Of a stretch of DNA of 46,534 bases, positions 1 to 13,281 are shown piece by piece. The notes beneath the pieces were generated by a model that had not been told where the DNA came from, did not search any database, and worked only from the letters and a program-made list of their open reading frames with translations. The position numbers were made by a program, and so were the translations under genes. Positions within the stretch are counted from its first letter, which is position 1. The number at the start of each line of letters is the position of its first letter. Source of the stretch: Hydrurus foetidus. Its lineage: Eukaryota. The stretch spans positions 1 through 46,534 of the forward strand of contig UYFQ01000351.1 in assembly GCA_900617105.1 (NCBI GenBank). Reading direction: 5' to 3'.

Positions 1-9
1 CAACACAAC

Positions 10-3000
10 TTGTTTGTGCTGACGCCGAAACGTATGGGCTTTGACCCTACGTTAATCGAAACGTCACCCAGCCCAGATGACATCGGTCTACTTCCCTTAA
101 GGGCAGAGTCCGACATCGGTACAGATTCACATACCGACGTCTGTTGTCATCATAGTGACGCTGTCGGATCGCGTAGTCCTTGTACACAGTGTCGCCTAAT
201 TACCGACACTGCTGACAATGGAGACGAAGGTCACTCGAGCACCCACCGTATTCCAACAGTGGGAGAAGAGTGGGGTCCATCTGCGCTATGGACGGGCAGT
301 GGTCTTAACCGCCCCCCTTCTGAGACCGGGACGAGAGTGAACACAGTAACACTTAACGCCGCGAGCGTGTTGCCGTGCGGAATCAATCTCAATGGAGATG
401 AGATTGATGATGACAAAACGGATGCATTCGGTCCGTTTCTTTCTGCATTGATGAAAGACCCTACCCCAACAGGTAGGGCGAACGACGTCATCTCGACAAT
501 CACCTTTGGTGGGTCGGAAGCTCTGCAAACAGCATGCAGAGCATTATGTACCGAATTTATTGACATCTTTCAAGATGAGGTGGCCCGTGAACCGGCCCGA
601 ATACCTCCTTTTGATATTGATCATAAGGCGGCACAATGGGAAGTACCTGGTAACAGGACCCCGCTCCGCCCACAATCCTCACAGAAGGAGGAGGCGATTC
701 ACAATAACCTTCAGGATCTGATACGGATCGGGGTGGTTGAGAAGTCTAATGCGGTATACTACAGTCACCCTGTAGTAGTACAGAAGTCACCCGGACAATA
801 CCGTGTATGTATTGACTTCCGGCCACTTAATAACTGTACGGAGTCGGCCAGTTGGCCACTCCCAACATTCCAGCAATGTTTGAACGCATTGGCGCTCGTC
901 AACCTGACATCTTTGGAGTTATGGACTTAACGTCCGGCTACCATCAAGCACCCCTTACGGCATCAGCCAAAATCCTGACTGCATTCATATGCTTCTCTGG
1001 AATTTATCAATTCACTCGATTGCCTTTCGGCCTCAAACGTGCCCCATCATACTTCCAGGAGATGATGGCCACGGTTGTCCTTGCGGGCCTTTTATATGTA
1101 ACATGTGAGATGTATCTCGATGATTGCATTGTATTTGGTAATGGGCCTGACGAGTTTCTGCAGAGACTTCGTGATGTCTTCATCCGTTTTCGAGAAAAGA
1201 ATTTATTCTTGAAAGCTAAGAAATGTAAGTTCGGAGTTACACGCCTCGAATACGTCGGACGTGTGATCTCCAAAGAGGGGTTATCTATGTCGGCTGAGAA
1301 AATAAAATCTGTTTTAGATTTTCCTCGCCCTAAAACCGTCACTGCCCTTAGGGGATTTCTCGGTTTGGCGAACTATTTTAGAGGTTTCGTACCAAACCAC
1401 TCCAACATAGTAGCACCGTTACATAAAATGACGGTGTCTACAACTCATAAACATTCCAGAGTAACCTGGAATGCTGAAACCATTAAAGCGTTTCAAGACA
1501 TTAGGCAGGCAATCTCTCAATGCCCCTAATGCACTTCATTGATAATGTATCACCAATACATTTATACACCGACGCATCTGATTATGGTGTAGGCGGTGTA
1601 TTGTTCCAAAAGGTTGGAGATGAAATGAAACCCATTTCATTTGTGAGTAAGTCACTCACCTTCTCACAGTTGAACTGGTCAACAATCCAGAAAGAAGCTT
1701 ATGCTATCTACTTGTGTTGTACAAAACTTGATCCACTATTACGTGATCGCAAATTTACGATTCATACAGATCATAAAAATCTGACGTACATGAAATCCTC
1801 CCCTAACTCGATGGTAGGGAGATGGTCCATGGCTCTACAAGAGCTTGATTACACTATCGCATACGTGCGAGGGTCTGAGAACACGGTCGCGGACGCTATG
1901 TCTCGCCTCTGTGCTAATCTCTCCGACCTTGTCATCAAGGTTCACCCAGCCACCACTGGCACAGAACCGGATAACTTGCCGGGCCCGTTTTGCGGCGCCC
2001 TCAAGGTCATACCAGAAATGACTGATACGCAGCGCGACGCACTCAACATGTGCCACAACAAGTTTGTTGGACACGGGGGCGTTAAACGCACCGTCGAAAA
2101 GCTTATAGGCTTACCCATTGAGTGGGAACACATGGTTCAGCACACCCACTTGTTTATACAACAATGTGCGTGCTGCCAGAAGATGAACGCTACACGCGTA
2201 CCGATACGTGTACACAAGTACGTTACTTCTGCGTACAAACCTTTCCATGTATTGAACATCGATTTCATCGGACCCTTCCCCGATGCCTCACACGTTCTTG
2301 TCATCATCTGTGCTTTCACACGATGGACAGAACTCTTTTGGTGTGCTGATAATACGGCCAAATCGGCTACCGATTGCCTTCTCCAACACTTTGGAAGATA
2401 CGGTGCACCCCAAATGATCAGATCTGATCGGGGTTCACATTTTGCTAACGAATTGATCAAACAATTCCTAGTGTCAACGGGTACACCCCACAACCTGACA
2501 CTAGCATACTCTAAACAAGAGAATGCAATAGTTGAACGAGTTAATAAAGAAATTAACCGGTACTTACGTTCGTTCCTGTATGATACAAACGACGTGTACC
2601 AGTATAAAAACTGCTTACCGTTTATACAGCGCATTTTGAATTCTTCAATTCACAGCAGTACTAATGCCTCCCCAGCAAGTTTATTGTTTGGTAACCAAAT
2701 CAATCTTGATTCGGGCATACTTTCACCATTCCCACCATTACCGGAAGAGGAAACTCCCGCATCAAAAGTGGTCTGTGAGATGTATAACATCCAGGATACC
2801 CTGATTGCCCAAGCACAAACTGCTTTGCGCACAATGGACGCGGCTCATGTTGCCACAAGCCCACAGGATATAACGGTTTTTCCCGTAGGTTCATATGTGT
2901 TGGCTAGATACACCACACAACCGCCCACACGTTTACACACGTTGTGGCGGGGACCGTTTCAAGTGGTATCGATCCACAACTCTGATTATACGTTGTTAGA

Positions 3001-3304
3001 TATAACTACGAAGAAACATAAACATCTTCATATTAGTAATCTTAAACAATTTGTTTTCAATCCGAAACATACGGATCCTGCTGATGTAGCACGCCGCGAT
3101 TATATGGAATTCTTTATTGATTCCATTCTTCAGCATCAAGGCAATTCCAGACGCAAAACCCAAATGCGGTTTTTAGTCAAATGGACTGACTTTGATGACT
3201 CACACAATACGTGGGAGTCGTGGAAGAATCTTCGTCTTACAGACGCTCTTCACACATATTTACGCCTTCACGGCATGTCGAAAATAATTCCGACAGAAAA
3301 GTAA
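10..3304 (+). CDS. pol: Gypsy Pol (RT, RNase H, integrase, chromodomain), split by two 1-nt frameshifts near 862 and 1525
   Basis: RT motifs RVCIDFR, DLTSGYHQ, LPFGL, YLDD; RNase H YTDASDYG, EAYAI, TDHKNL, ADAMSR; IN HHCC, IDFIGP, SDRGSHF, ENAIVERVN, GPF; chromodomain FLVKWTDFDDSHNTWE. Confidence 0.95.
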
Positions 3305-3614
3305 GTTCCCAAGGAACGACCTACACATTATCTTTTGAAGATTCCTCCTCATTTTTACAACTTTAAGTTGCTTTTCAGGAGGTTTAGTCAGTAAAAATCT
3401 GACATAAATGTGTAGGGGAACACTTAGATGCAACACATCTAGGCACTCTCGTTTCTCACTTCCCCCATCTCTCACATGTACAAATATCTGTATACTTCGT
3501 ACGTATTTATTACTGCATTTTTGTATTTTATTTTTACTATCTTTTTCTGCATTTTGCTTTCTCAAGCTGGAGTCGTATTTGTTTTGTAACACATTGTAGC
3601 TAGAGACACACCAA

Positions 3615-3670
3615 TAGAGAGAGAGGGAGAGGGAGAGAGAGATGAGAAAACGAGAGATAAGTAGGGGTAG
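3615..3670 (+). promoter_or_regulatory. Polypurine tract of G1
   Basis: (GA)-rich run ending gtaggggtag directly before the LTR start TGTGG. Confidence 0.75.
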
Positions 3671-3875
3671 TGTGGCTCCCTCAGGGTCTGCTACCCCATT
3701 CAGCCGATTAGATGCTGTTTCCACCTTAGTACCTTCGTGTTCACAGCCACGACTATCAGTCACTAGCTAGTTTGTGCTGCTTTGCAGAAGTTACTAGCGT
3801 ACCTTCTGTTTGCATCCCTAACTAACCAGCTCCTTTTAGCCTTTAGACTTCCCTTTTCCTTCCTCCAAGGTCACA
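3671..3875 (+). repeat. 3' LTR of G1 (205 bp)
   Basis: TGTGGC...GGTCACA termini after the PPT; Harbinger coding sequence resumes exactly at 3876. Confidence 0.8.
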
Positions 3876-4669
3876 TCAGTCACAAACCCATCAAATCGCA
3901 CTATAGTCATATCATTCCATCTTCCGGGATATCCAACTGTTGACGCAATAATCTGGCGTCGATGATTGGCCACGATTTGGAATGCACGCGTCGTATGAGA
4001 ACTTTTCCCTCCTAAATTCTGATTCTTAAGCTTGTAGTGGCACCTCTCCAATATGATATGCGTAACATTCGCTGACCCAATACACCCATCAATACCAGCC
4101 TCAGTCCTCAGGGGTTTCCGGCCTCTTCACCCACTTAGGATAGAGATGTTTGCGGCATGCTACAACGAATACTTTGAAGAATCGACGATGTACTTCTTCA
4201 GAGACGCTTGTAGCCTCGTAGAGGTCATCGAAAGTCCAGCCCCTTCCCAGGTAACGTAGTGCTCCCAAAATCAATATTTCTAGTAAAATGCCCATCTCCC
4301 CAAGAGCGTTACGTCTTTGATAATCAGGAAACTACTTATCTTCTCTAGCCTCCCTCACTAGATCTAAGATTGCAGTGTGAGGCATTCTAAATCTCCTTCT
4401 AAATAGATTCTTATGCTTCTTATTCAGTGGATGATCAGGGAATCTGACGTATCTGCGATACCAATCTGACTCAAAGCAGTCATTAGGATTGTATCCACCG
4501 TTATTTCTGTTACGAAAGGGCATTTTCTTTGGTGGGACTGGTTCGGCAGCCTCGTTTTCTTCTAATAGCTCATCGCGCCTCTTCTTAAAGACGACATAAC
4601 TTTACAAATCTGGATACCCATCCTCACCAATGCAGTCCCGAAGTTTTGGTGACTTTTCCATAGCTTCAT
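3876..4669 (-). pseudogene. PIF/Harbinger transposase remnant, N-terminal half, interrupted by G1
   Basis: Fragments LFRRRFRMP, LGALRYLGRGWTFDD, GYPGRWNDMTIVRFDGFVTD align by eye to the intact transposase at 41963-43390; frameshifts and stops. Confidence 0.9.
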
Positions 4670-4779
4670 TTTAGTTGCTAGTGCTTAAAACTGACGATTT
4701 CTTAAATTCAATGTGAATAATTCCTATTCTGTCACGCCATTTTGTCACGGAGAATCTGGTGCCAAATTCTGTCATACAA

Positions 4780-5105
4780 ATGCCCGGAGGATCACGAAAA
4801 ACGTAATTTTTCATTTTGTATTTCGGATCCTCCACCATAACAAACGAGGACCCGGAGGATTACGGTGTTTTACTATTTTGTATTTCGTATTTCGTCCAAC
4901 CGTATGGATTGACCTTAGCGCTGAGAATAAAAGGAAGAGCGATGCACGCAGACGCGAATTCAGACGCATCGGACAAGCTTGATTCGATGTATCAGCATAA
5001 GTATACGCGTCGTATGTTAGCGTTGGGTGCCGGACCTGATATAGTCGAAGTCGAGTCTTTAACACCTCACTACGATAAGCTAAAATATCCAGGCGGCAAA
5101 CCATC
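4780..5105 (+). pseudogene. Unassigned ORF remnant divergent from the Harbinger transposase (possible partner ORF)
   Basis: ATG at 4780 head-to-head with the transposase start, early stop, then an open frame of about 100 aa; no recognisable motif. Confidence 0.25.
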
Positions 5106-5310
5106 TTCTAATAAAAGAGAATACATATGGGTTATGCACATATCCATATGAGAAGAGCATATTGCATGGTCATCTTCTTCGAAGAGCAGCGTCTCTTGTG
5201 TCCACAATACTCAATGTCGACATGTAACGACACTCAGATGGATATTGAGGGGTTGCGACCCAAGATTCCTGTGGTGTAGGTTGTGAGCTGAATAGTGTCA
5301 CTACTATTCT

Positions 5311-5816
5311 TGTGAGTCAGACTGTGGAGTGAAGCGAGCTACCTGTTGGCTGCGGAAGCGCAAAGGAAAGACTGGCTGATGGAAGTGGTCTCGGAAGACG
5401 TGTTTACTTACAACGATCAAGTAGTAAAACAACTGGCGATGATATCAGAGAAGACAACCATCAAAGAAGCAAAGCAAAGCATCCATTGTGCATGAAATGG
5501 TGATCGCCGAAGTGGAATATATTCAGCGAATATTCAAGTTGGCGATTGAGCAATGGGCGGAACCCTCGCTGCTCATGAAATCGGATGCTTGGTGGAAACC
5601 GGATACCTGGTGGAAAACCGGATGCTTGGTGGTGAAAAACCGGATGCTTGGTGATGGCCCCGAAGGGGATATCGCTAGAAGAACGATGAGCGTATGTACA
5701 CAACAGTGTATGGCGGTGTTTTGGGTGAGGAAGCGCTACACTACTTGTGACATGTGAATGCTAATCTACAGATGAAACTATGCTAACAGATCATGCATGA
5801 ATATGCTGGACTGACA
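5311..5816 (-). repeat. 3' LTR of Copia A (506 bp, four-unit internal tandem repeat)
   Basis: Reverse complement of the LTRs at 17897 and 24183; PPT ctccccgt at 5817; flanked by attct (AGAAT on the element strand). Confidence 0.95.
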
Positions 5817-6023
5817 CTCCCCGTAGTGAAGATGTAGCTGAACGTGTTATTGAGAGTATCGAAACGAATGGTATGTGTATATATACTCCCCGTACTGAGG
5901 ATGTACTCCCCGTACGAGAGATTTGGCAAAAAGTGTAAAAAGTTAGTTATAATATATGCGTGCACTCATATAAGATAGTAAAATTAGTACGTATGTTAGA
6001 AATATGGATATTAAGTATTTGTG

Positions 6024-9000
6024 TTATTTAATATTAGTTCGTAAAGACTTGTCAACGAGCCTGTGCGTTAGGTATTCGAAAAGTGGTAGTGGAACTCTTT
6101 TCGTACCTATGTCTGAGTTGTTTTCGCCCGAAGGGATTTTAACAATGACACAGGTACCATCGGCGACTTTGTCCTTAAAGTAGTTTTCGCTCAGGTCAAT
6201 GTGACGAAGGTTCTTGGTCATGTGTGTATGATTTGAAGCATCAACACAAGCAGAATTGTCTTCTTCGATGACTGTAGGAGCTTGTGTCCATCCCATGTGG
6301 TTTAGTATGCCCCGGAGGGGAATGACATCGGATTTTAGTGCGTGATTAACTGCCTTGATCTCGGATTCTGCAGTTGATGATGAGATGCTGCCTTGGTCGG
6401 TACTCTTCCAGCAGATGACATTGTCGGCGAGGTAGCCAATGTAGGAGGTCTGGGAGTGACGGTTGTCTTTGTTACCGGCGAGGTCAGCGTCGCATTGGAA
6501 CTTTAGCTGCAGTAGACTGGTCATCGTAGCGATGTCGGTGGGACCGTCGTGAGTGGTGAACTTGAGTCTACCCATCTTGGCGTATTTGACATATCGAAGT
6601 AAGTGCTTGAAGAACTTGATGTGTCTCGCACCTGGACTGTTACTATATCTGGATAGTATGTTGAGAGCGTATATGATTGTTATCATAGTGTGTACCATAC
6701 CGTACATAAGCTGACCAACTACCCGTCGATAGGCATACTTATTGTATATGTGTCTATCGAGATCGGTAGAGTTGTCCGCCTTGGACAGGCTCTCACCAGA
6801 AGGTGGATATGGTAGATGCTCATCGGCGGCGCCAGCAAGGTTGGCCTCCGGTAGAATGGATGTGATCATGCGTGACTGATCCATGAAGTAGTTGAAGTTT
6901 TCATCGCATGTAATGCGGATGCCGACGAACTCTTTGGAGGTTGCGTCGGTGACTTCATACTTGTGTACTAAATCTCCTCCCCGCATGGATAATTTGTAAG
7001 TAGCGGCTATGACGAGATCAATTTTGATCGAAGACGCATTGGCATTACTGCAGTATACTGCGTAGGGGTCAAAGTCGACCCAGGGTATCATGAGATCACC
7101 ACGACCCACGAGTCGGGCTTTCTTGGTGCCGTCAGTCTTGATACTGAAGAGCCACATCATTGGTACGAGGTGCTGGCCGGTGAAGGGGACAGACCTGAAG
7201 CAGTTGTTGACTTCAAACTTAGTTCGCTCAGTGTTGATGGCCTGTTCCCACTCTGGGTACTGCATTGCGGTCCAGAAGTCTTTGGGGATGTAGGGATCCT
7301 TGATTTGGACTGCTATGTTGTAGTGCAGGACACGGAAGAGGTGAACAGGGAAGCATGTGGAAGAACTGGTGTAGGTGGACCAGTATATCATGTCATCGTT
7401 GACTGAGTGCTCTGTCTCAGGTACAGGGGTTATATAGTCGGGGTCGATAAGGGGTGCAGGTGAGGGGAGGCCGGGTAGGTCGACTCGCTCAGGCACCACA
7501 ATAGGGTCATTATTATTATCAGTATAGTAGAGGGACGGGATGAGGGCGAAGGCCTCGTATGCTTGAAGTTGTTGTGCATGTCGAAGATGACATCCTTACT
7601 GACTCGAACAGTACCGTAGGTGTTCTTGGGTAGTATTTCTAATACTAAATATTGTGGTATTAGTATAGATGTAAAACTATAACCAACGAACCGAGCACGG
7701 TATGCACGAGGTGACCCAACTTTACTTTTCTGATCTTTGGGTGCGTGCTTGACATAGCAGGGTGCCCAGAATGGTCGAAGCATCCTGATGTCCACGTGTT
7801 GCCCAGAAGTGAAGTGATACGGAGAAGTACCAATACGCTTGTTAAGGTTAAAGGAATGAGTAACACATGCATAGGACATTGCAAGGTCCCAGAACTTCAT
7901 TGGCACATGCGGAACAGGGGTTATCATGGCAACGTTTGTCTTGAGAGCTACAATGCCGACTGCTCGTTCAGCGATGCCGTTGGCATGTTTGTCACGAGGT
8001 GCAGTGTGTTCAAGTCGGTATCGGTATCGGGCGCAAAGCGCAGTAAATTCTTCAGATCGGTAGTTGGCTTCTGGGTCATGCCGGATGAAGCGATCAACCC
8101 CAGGGGTATTGTGGTTCCATTGGGGGGTTAGGTCGAAGAAGGCTCCAATGCGGGCACAGAGTTCAGGGGCGGACCGGTCTTTTGTATATATAGGATAGTA
8201 TTGTCCCGACGCGAGGTCGGTGAGGATGTGAGTGTAACGGTTGTTACGAAAGAATGGAGTCGAGTGGGTATAGGCATCCAAGGAGAACTGCTGGCCGACG
8301 AGGGTAGTTGTGTCTCTGTGGATGCAACGATAGTCTGTGGATGCTTGACGCATTGCACCGTAGGCACATCCAGGACAGACCGGAAACGAGCATTGAGGTG
8401 GTATATCTTTGGTGGTGAAACGAGCATTGACGGGATGATCGCGGTGCCATGCCGTGCCATGCCTGAAAGACCGGGGTGGCCTGTGGCTTGATGCACGTGG
8501 TCGTACAGTGAAGCAGGAGTATAGTGTGTGACCAAGAGACTCTCCCGAGTGGTTGGTCAGTAGGGAGTCTCCACGTATAGGCCGTCTTGGACGGTTCCAC
8601 GGGCGACCTCCTTTCCATGCTGAGCTACCAGTGCAATGTAGGGAAGGGCTGATGCAGTCTCATAAAAGCGGAAGTCTTTATGAGTGAAGATGCCGATGAA
8701 GTGGTCGTTGGTGACACCGCCAGCGCAGAACTGGGAGACAGAGACAAGGGTGCTGTCGCCTAGTGCAGGGAGAAGGAGGGTGCTAAGCTCCAACGGTCCG
8801 AGGCTGCCTTGGTGTGTTGGTGTCATGGACGGGCCGAATGCAGGGGTGACTGTGACGGATGTGCTGACAGGTTCAATGCTGGTAAGACGTTGGGAGCGGC
8901 CAGTGCCAGAGCGAGAAGCACCAGAGTCGAAGATGACCTTGTCGAGGACGTGGAACGAGTTGAGTCTCTCATGTTGGGACTTGACGACGAATGTGTTGAG

Positions 9001-9576
9001 CTTGGAGTCGGAGGTACCGCCGGATGGTGCAGGAGGGTGAGCTGATGCAAGCGGAGGGCGAGTACTGTTGAAGGCATGTCGGACATTAGTCGAGCGTTGG
9101 GATCCGACTGATGGAGTCATTCTGTGGCGCTGGACACGAGGCATAGTGAAAGGCGAGTCGGATGCAAGTGGCTGCGCGGCTTGCCAACGTTTGAGTGACC
9201 CGGTTAGAGGGTCAGAGGGTGTCGATGGAACAGGTGGTAGCGGAGTAGTCAACTCTGGAAGCGTAGATGGGATCGATGTTGACGATGAGGATGAAGAGGA
9301 TGATGACGAAGACGACGAGGCGTCTTAACGCTTAGTGTCCCCTTGAGCCGGGTCGTTCGGGAATGCGATGCCGCGCTTCCTGGTGTTGTATCGCTGAAGT
9401 TCCATGGATGCGTCCGGTGGTACCCATGGGGATGCGTCGGATGGAGGGACCATGAGACGTGTGACGGCTCCATGGAGGTAGTTAACATAAGAGAGGGCGC
9501 ATCGAGGGCCACTGATGTTATGGGTTGGACAGGACATGTTGTACGGGAGGAAACAGATGGAGTCCGTGAGCATCAA
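6024..9576 (-). pseudogene. pol: Copia A pol (PR-IN-RT-RNase H) with in-frame stops, frameshifts and an in-frame deletion of the RT core
   Basis: ORFs 8557-9252 (PR), 7430-8535 (IN), 6024-7499 (RT start fused GGDLV|HKYEV to RT end and RNase H); the missing block is present in copy B. Confidence 0.92.
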
Positions 9577-11651
9577 CTTCCGTGAGCATTAGGATTCGAA
9601 GGGTGGGAATGTTGTGCCAGGAGTTGCCAGGTGCATTGGCATATCGGGCAAGCTGTGCTGCGACCCAGGAGGCACAGTCGTAGATGAGGACACTTTCAAA
9701 TATTGCCATGTGGTCTGGACTGATCTGGTCGTCGAGGTACAGAGCAGTGTGGACCAGGAAGTAGAAGAAAATGTTCCCGACTGTGGACTGATAGGTGGTA
9801 ATGTCCTCAATCAAGGTTGGATTGAAGGTGCGGTAGTGCCCTGGGTCATACTCAAGATTGGGTGGAGTCGGCGGCTCAGTGTTGGCGAGCAGCAGGTTGC
9901 GAGCAATCTTGTGGATGAGGTTCATATACCGAGAGTATCCATCTCTGACATCAGCTCGGCAGTGGCTTAGCGTGGTTGGGGATACCCAGCCGAAAATAGC
10001 GAGGTAGATATGGGGCGCCGGTGGAGGTGATCCAGGCAAGGCGGGACGGTTTACATAGATGATGAAGTCATTTGCTGAGAGGGGCTGCTGATGAATGCGG
10101 TGGTGGACCACAGTGTAGTACTGAAGGATGTACGTAGAACATTGTCGGCAGATACCCTCGAAGACAGTGCAGGAGGTGACTTCGTCACTGGTGAGGAAGG
10201 CCCAGGTACGTGTGAAGGCATCGATTTCTTCTTGCATTGGTGTCCCATATGATGGCGAGGAGATGTTCTGATGGCGCGGTGTGTCCCATGCTGTAGCATT
10301 CTCTGGTGCGACAGGAGTCGGTGGGGTACCCAGGACTACTGGGGTAGAGGCTGGTTGAGTATGTTCGGAACGTACGTACGGTCGGAGCATTAAGGGAGAG
10401 GCGACATTAGAAGATGGACGAGTTGGAGACCGCAGTGGTGAGTGTCCTGATGGAGAAGGTCCTGGCGGAAGTGCTAACTCGAGAGGAGGATTAGGTGGTG
10501 TAGCCGGAGGAGGCGCTGGGTCAGTGTCGGTGACGCGGAACATATGGAGGGAGAAGCGCACATACCTGGAGGGTTCGGCGTTATCCAAAAGGGTGTTGTT
10601 CTGCCATCCGTCGTCAGGATTGATGTTGGGTCCGTTGGTAAGAAGCTTCATGGGGATGTTGCTCTTGAGGTAAGGGACACCGCCATCGATACTCGTCACT
10701 GGGAAGGTCTGCTTCGGGGGATACTTGCCCTTGGCCTTGGTCCGGTTCTTGTCGGTGACCGGAGCGGATCCAGGTGGGGTAGGAGTATGTGGTTTGCCAA
10801 ATGGAGGTGCAGCTGCTTTTGGCTTAGCAGGAGCATGATAGTGCTTGCACTTGTTGCCGAGAAGGCAGGTGCCAGCAAGGAACTTGCGGCAGGCTTCCGG
10901 GGTAGTGGGCAAGGCAGCTATCTTGACCGGCTTGTCTTGTAGGTGGGCATACTCGAAATATAGAACAGTTCTATCCAAAGTTTGGCGATATGTGAGCATG
11001 TTGCTATTGCACGACATAAAGTAGGCTTTGGTGTTGAGGCGGGGGTCATTCATGAAGGCGTTGTGGAGGAATTGAAGGCGCTCCTGCTCAGTGCTCGATC
11101 TGGCCTGGGCGTACTCGAATTCTGTCATCAAAGTTGTAAACTTGACCAAATCCTCTTGAAAACAAGTAGCCGTAGAGCCCTTGAAGTTTTGTAGAAGGCG
11201 CCGGAGTCGGTTGATGTCTGCTTCGGTATGTCCGTAGAAGTGCTTGTGCATACGTTTGTAAATAGCGATCCCATCGCGAGAGGTAAAGGAGTCGGCAAAG
11301 AGATAGTGGGTAGACTCGTGGAAAGCATTTAACATGATGTTGTATAAACGTTTCTTGTCGTGGGCCCATCGTGTAACATCGTCGACAGGGACATAGTTGA
11401 AGGTTCCGTCTCGATTCTCCGATGTTGTAGGCTCCGAGTATCCAGATGGATTTTGCCGCGTTGGAACTGGTTCGCGACGCGTGCTCATCGCCATTGGGTA
11501 GAGTCCAACGACGTGGAGCATGTTGTCAAGCGCTTTGAACCGCTTGTTGGATCCCACAGTCGTTGTGGAGATCTGATTTTGCTTGACGCTTTCGATTTCG
11601 GAGGAAGTCGTCAAAACGAAATCGATTTCAGCCGTTTGAGCTCCAAAACGG
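9518..11651 (-). CDS. gag: Copia A Gag-like protein with CCCH zinc finger, Pro-rich linker and unassigned C-terminal domain
   Basis: 713-aa ORF upstream of PR; CRKFLAGTCLLGNKCKHYH = C-x7-C-x5-C-x3-H. Confidence 0.85.
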
Positions 11652-12027
11652 ATTTGCATCTAATTTGAAACTTTACTCTTTCTTGACTGATGAGGGAGTT
11701 ACATGTGTGTCAGAGTAGCTCAGATTGTGAACATTGCACTGTACGCCCTGAGATCTAGGGATTTTGATCGTCTTCTCGGTTCAAAGCTCTTTCATCCGAT
11801 GTTAGTAACTTAAGAACAGACGCCAGTTGAGTCAATTTCTTATCGCCACTGATCCCTTTAAATTCATTGTAGCATAGTCTGATGAGTCCCTTGATTCATA
11901 TGAACCGTGCACTAACCATCACTAATCTATTTTGTTAGTCATAAAAATGATAATTGACCACCTTAGTGCACGGTCTATAATAAATTGCATTTTTTCCGCT
12001 GACTCACAAAACTACATCGCTTGAAAC

Positions 12028-12500
12028 AGGTGGCGGCGATAGGAGGCAATGGGAATCAGCGTCCATGAATCTGGCAACGATATCATAGCAGGTATTGGTT
12101 GCTTTTGCCGCAGTGCTGGTAGTCTCAGGAGCAATGTGGTCAACTTGGCTCGCTAATAGAAATGTTGACTCATCAAAAGTCATAATTTTTGCGATGAATC
12201 AGGTGCCGGCGACATGAACCATCGCGATTTAGTGGCCAAGACTTTGGCAGCACCATCATGGTAGGTATTGGTAGCTTTTGCCGCTGGGTAGACTCTCATA
12301 ATGCTTTGCGGTCGATTTGGCATGTAGAATTGTCGGCTCATCTAAACTCATGAATTTTGCAATGAATCAGGCACCGACGATAGGAACAATTGAGAATCAG
12401 CATCCAAGACTTCGGCAGCGATATCATGGCAGATATTAGCTGCTTCTGCCGGTACGTGGGTGGTCGTCGGAGCAGCGTGGTCGATTTAGCCTGTATAATA
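12028..12500 (-). repeat. Three diverged tandem units of about 170 bp, probably a decayed coding repeat
   Basis: Recurring caggtg-cggcga, tatcat-gcag-tatt-gcttttgccg, tggtc-atttgg blocks; minus-strand frames give similar peptides (ATNTCYDIVARFMDADS, AANICHDIAAEVLDADS). Confidence 0.7.
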
Positions 12501-12779
12501 GTTGATACTGCTAACTACTAAACCCTTTTATGACGCACAAATGACACTTTTAATGATACCAAACAAATCCAATAAAAATGTGATAATTTGTAAGCAAGCA
12601 ATTTTTTTGGCATCGATGCAAAATTTCAGAAGATTTAATGGTCATATTCAAGTCTTAAATGGTCATATTAAAATTCTAGACACAAAAAATAGATGACATT
12701 AGCAGCGAAAACTGAAACCGAAAATTAAATGCAAATTCTGGATCGTGGTTTTTTGAAAAATCACTTTTGAGTGTGCGAC

Positions 12780-12845
12780 GTGTGAGAAAATTTTACCGCA
12801 GCCGGTGGCGTCAAAGTTCCCCCTCTCCTTCTAATACCCCCTTGA
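12780..12845. repeat. Dispersed ~65-bp motif shared with 26561-26626 (possible transposon terminus)
   Basis: gtgtgagaaaa-tttaccgcagcc-gtggcgtcaaagt-cccc-tctcctt--aataccc-cttg occurs at both sites in the same orientation. Confidence 0.75.
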
Positions 12846-13281
12846 TCTGTACATGCATTCCGGATTGTTTAAAAATCATAAAAAGTAAGAGATCGTTCGG
12901 TAGGCCAACCTTATGACGCATGGATTACGGATTATGAATTTAAAAAAACTCGTCTTCGAAAATTCGTTCCCGTAATCGATCCTGTGCAAGCCCTTCTAGA
13001 GATTACTGAAGACTCAAATATAGAGGACAACTATAAAAAGATAATCAAAACTATGAAGACTTTAATGTGGGAATCAAGACTATTTCAGTGAATCGGCGAC
13101 TTTATAAACTGGGATCTAGAAGGATCTAGGCTAGGAAGGGAAAAGGTCTTGCTTAGGGTTAGGAAAACAAGTGGCAAACACTAGGAAACATCATATTGCA
13201 TGGCTAAAAGACTATATAGAAGCCTAGAAGTCTATGGAGTTCAGGTATACCTAGAGACCCCAGATGGCTACAGTAGGAGTT

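Larger units (their letters stand above)
1..3875 (+). mobile_element. Ty3/Gypsy chromodomain-bearing LTR retrotransposon G1, 3' half (5' part outside window)
   Basis: Domain order RT-RNaseH-IN-chromodomain, then a purine tract and a TG...CA LTR; inserted into a Harbinger transposase remnant. Confidence 0.95.
5311..11651 (-). mobile_element. Ty1/Copia copy A: gag-pol and 3' LTR, 5'-truncated, internally deleted
   Basis: Near-identical inverted copy of 18750-24630; PR DSGAS, IN GHPG/HDPEANY/NGIAER, RT KKARLVGRG, RNase H CDADLAG/SSTAESE/EDNSAC. Confidence 0.95.

Noticed and set aside
5578..5660. Short repeats with variable spacers resembling a CRISPR array
   Set aside because: They are 18-22-bp tandem units inside an LTR with no unique spacers, no cas genes and a eukaryotic context
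13153..13163. ttagggttagg telomere-like sequence
   Set aside because: Fewer than two full units; expected by chance
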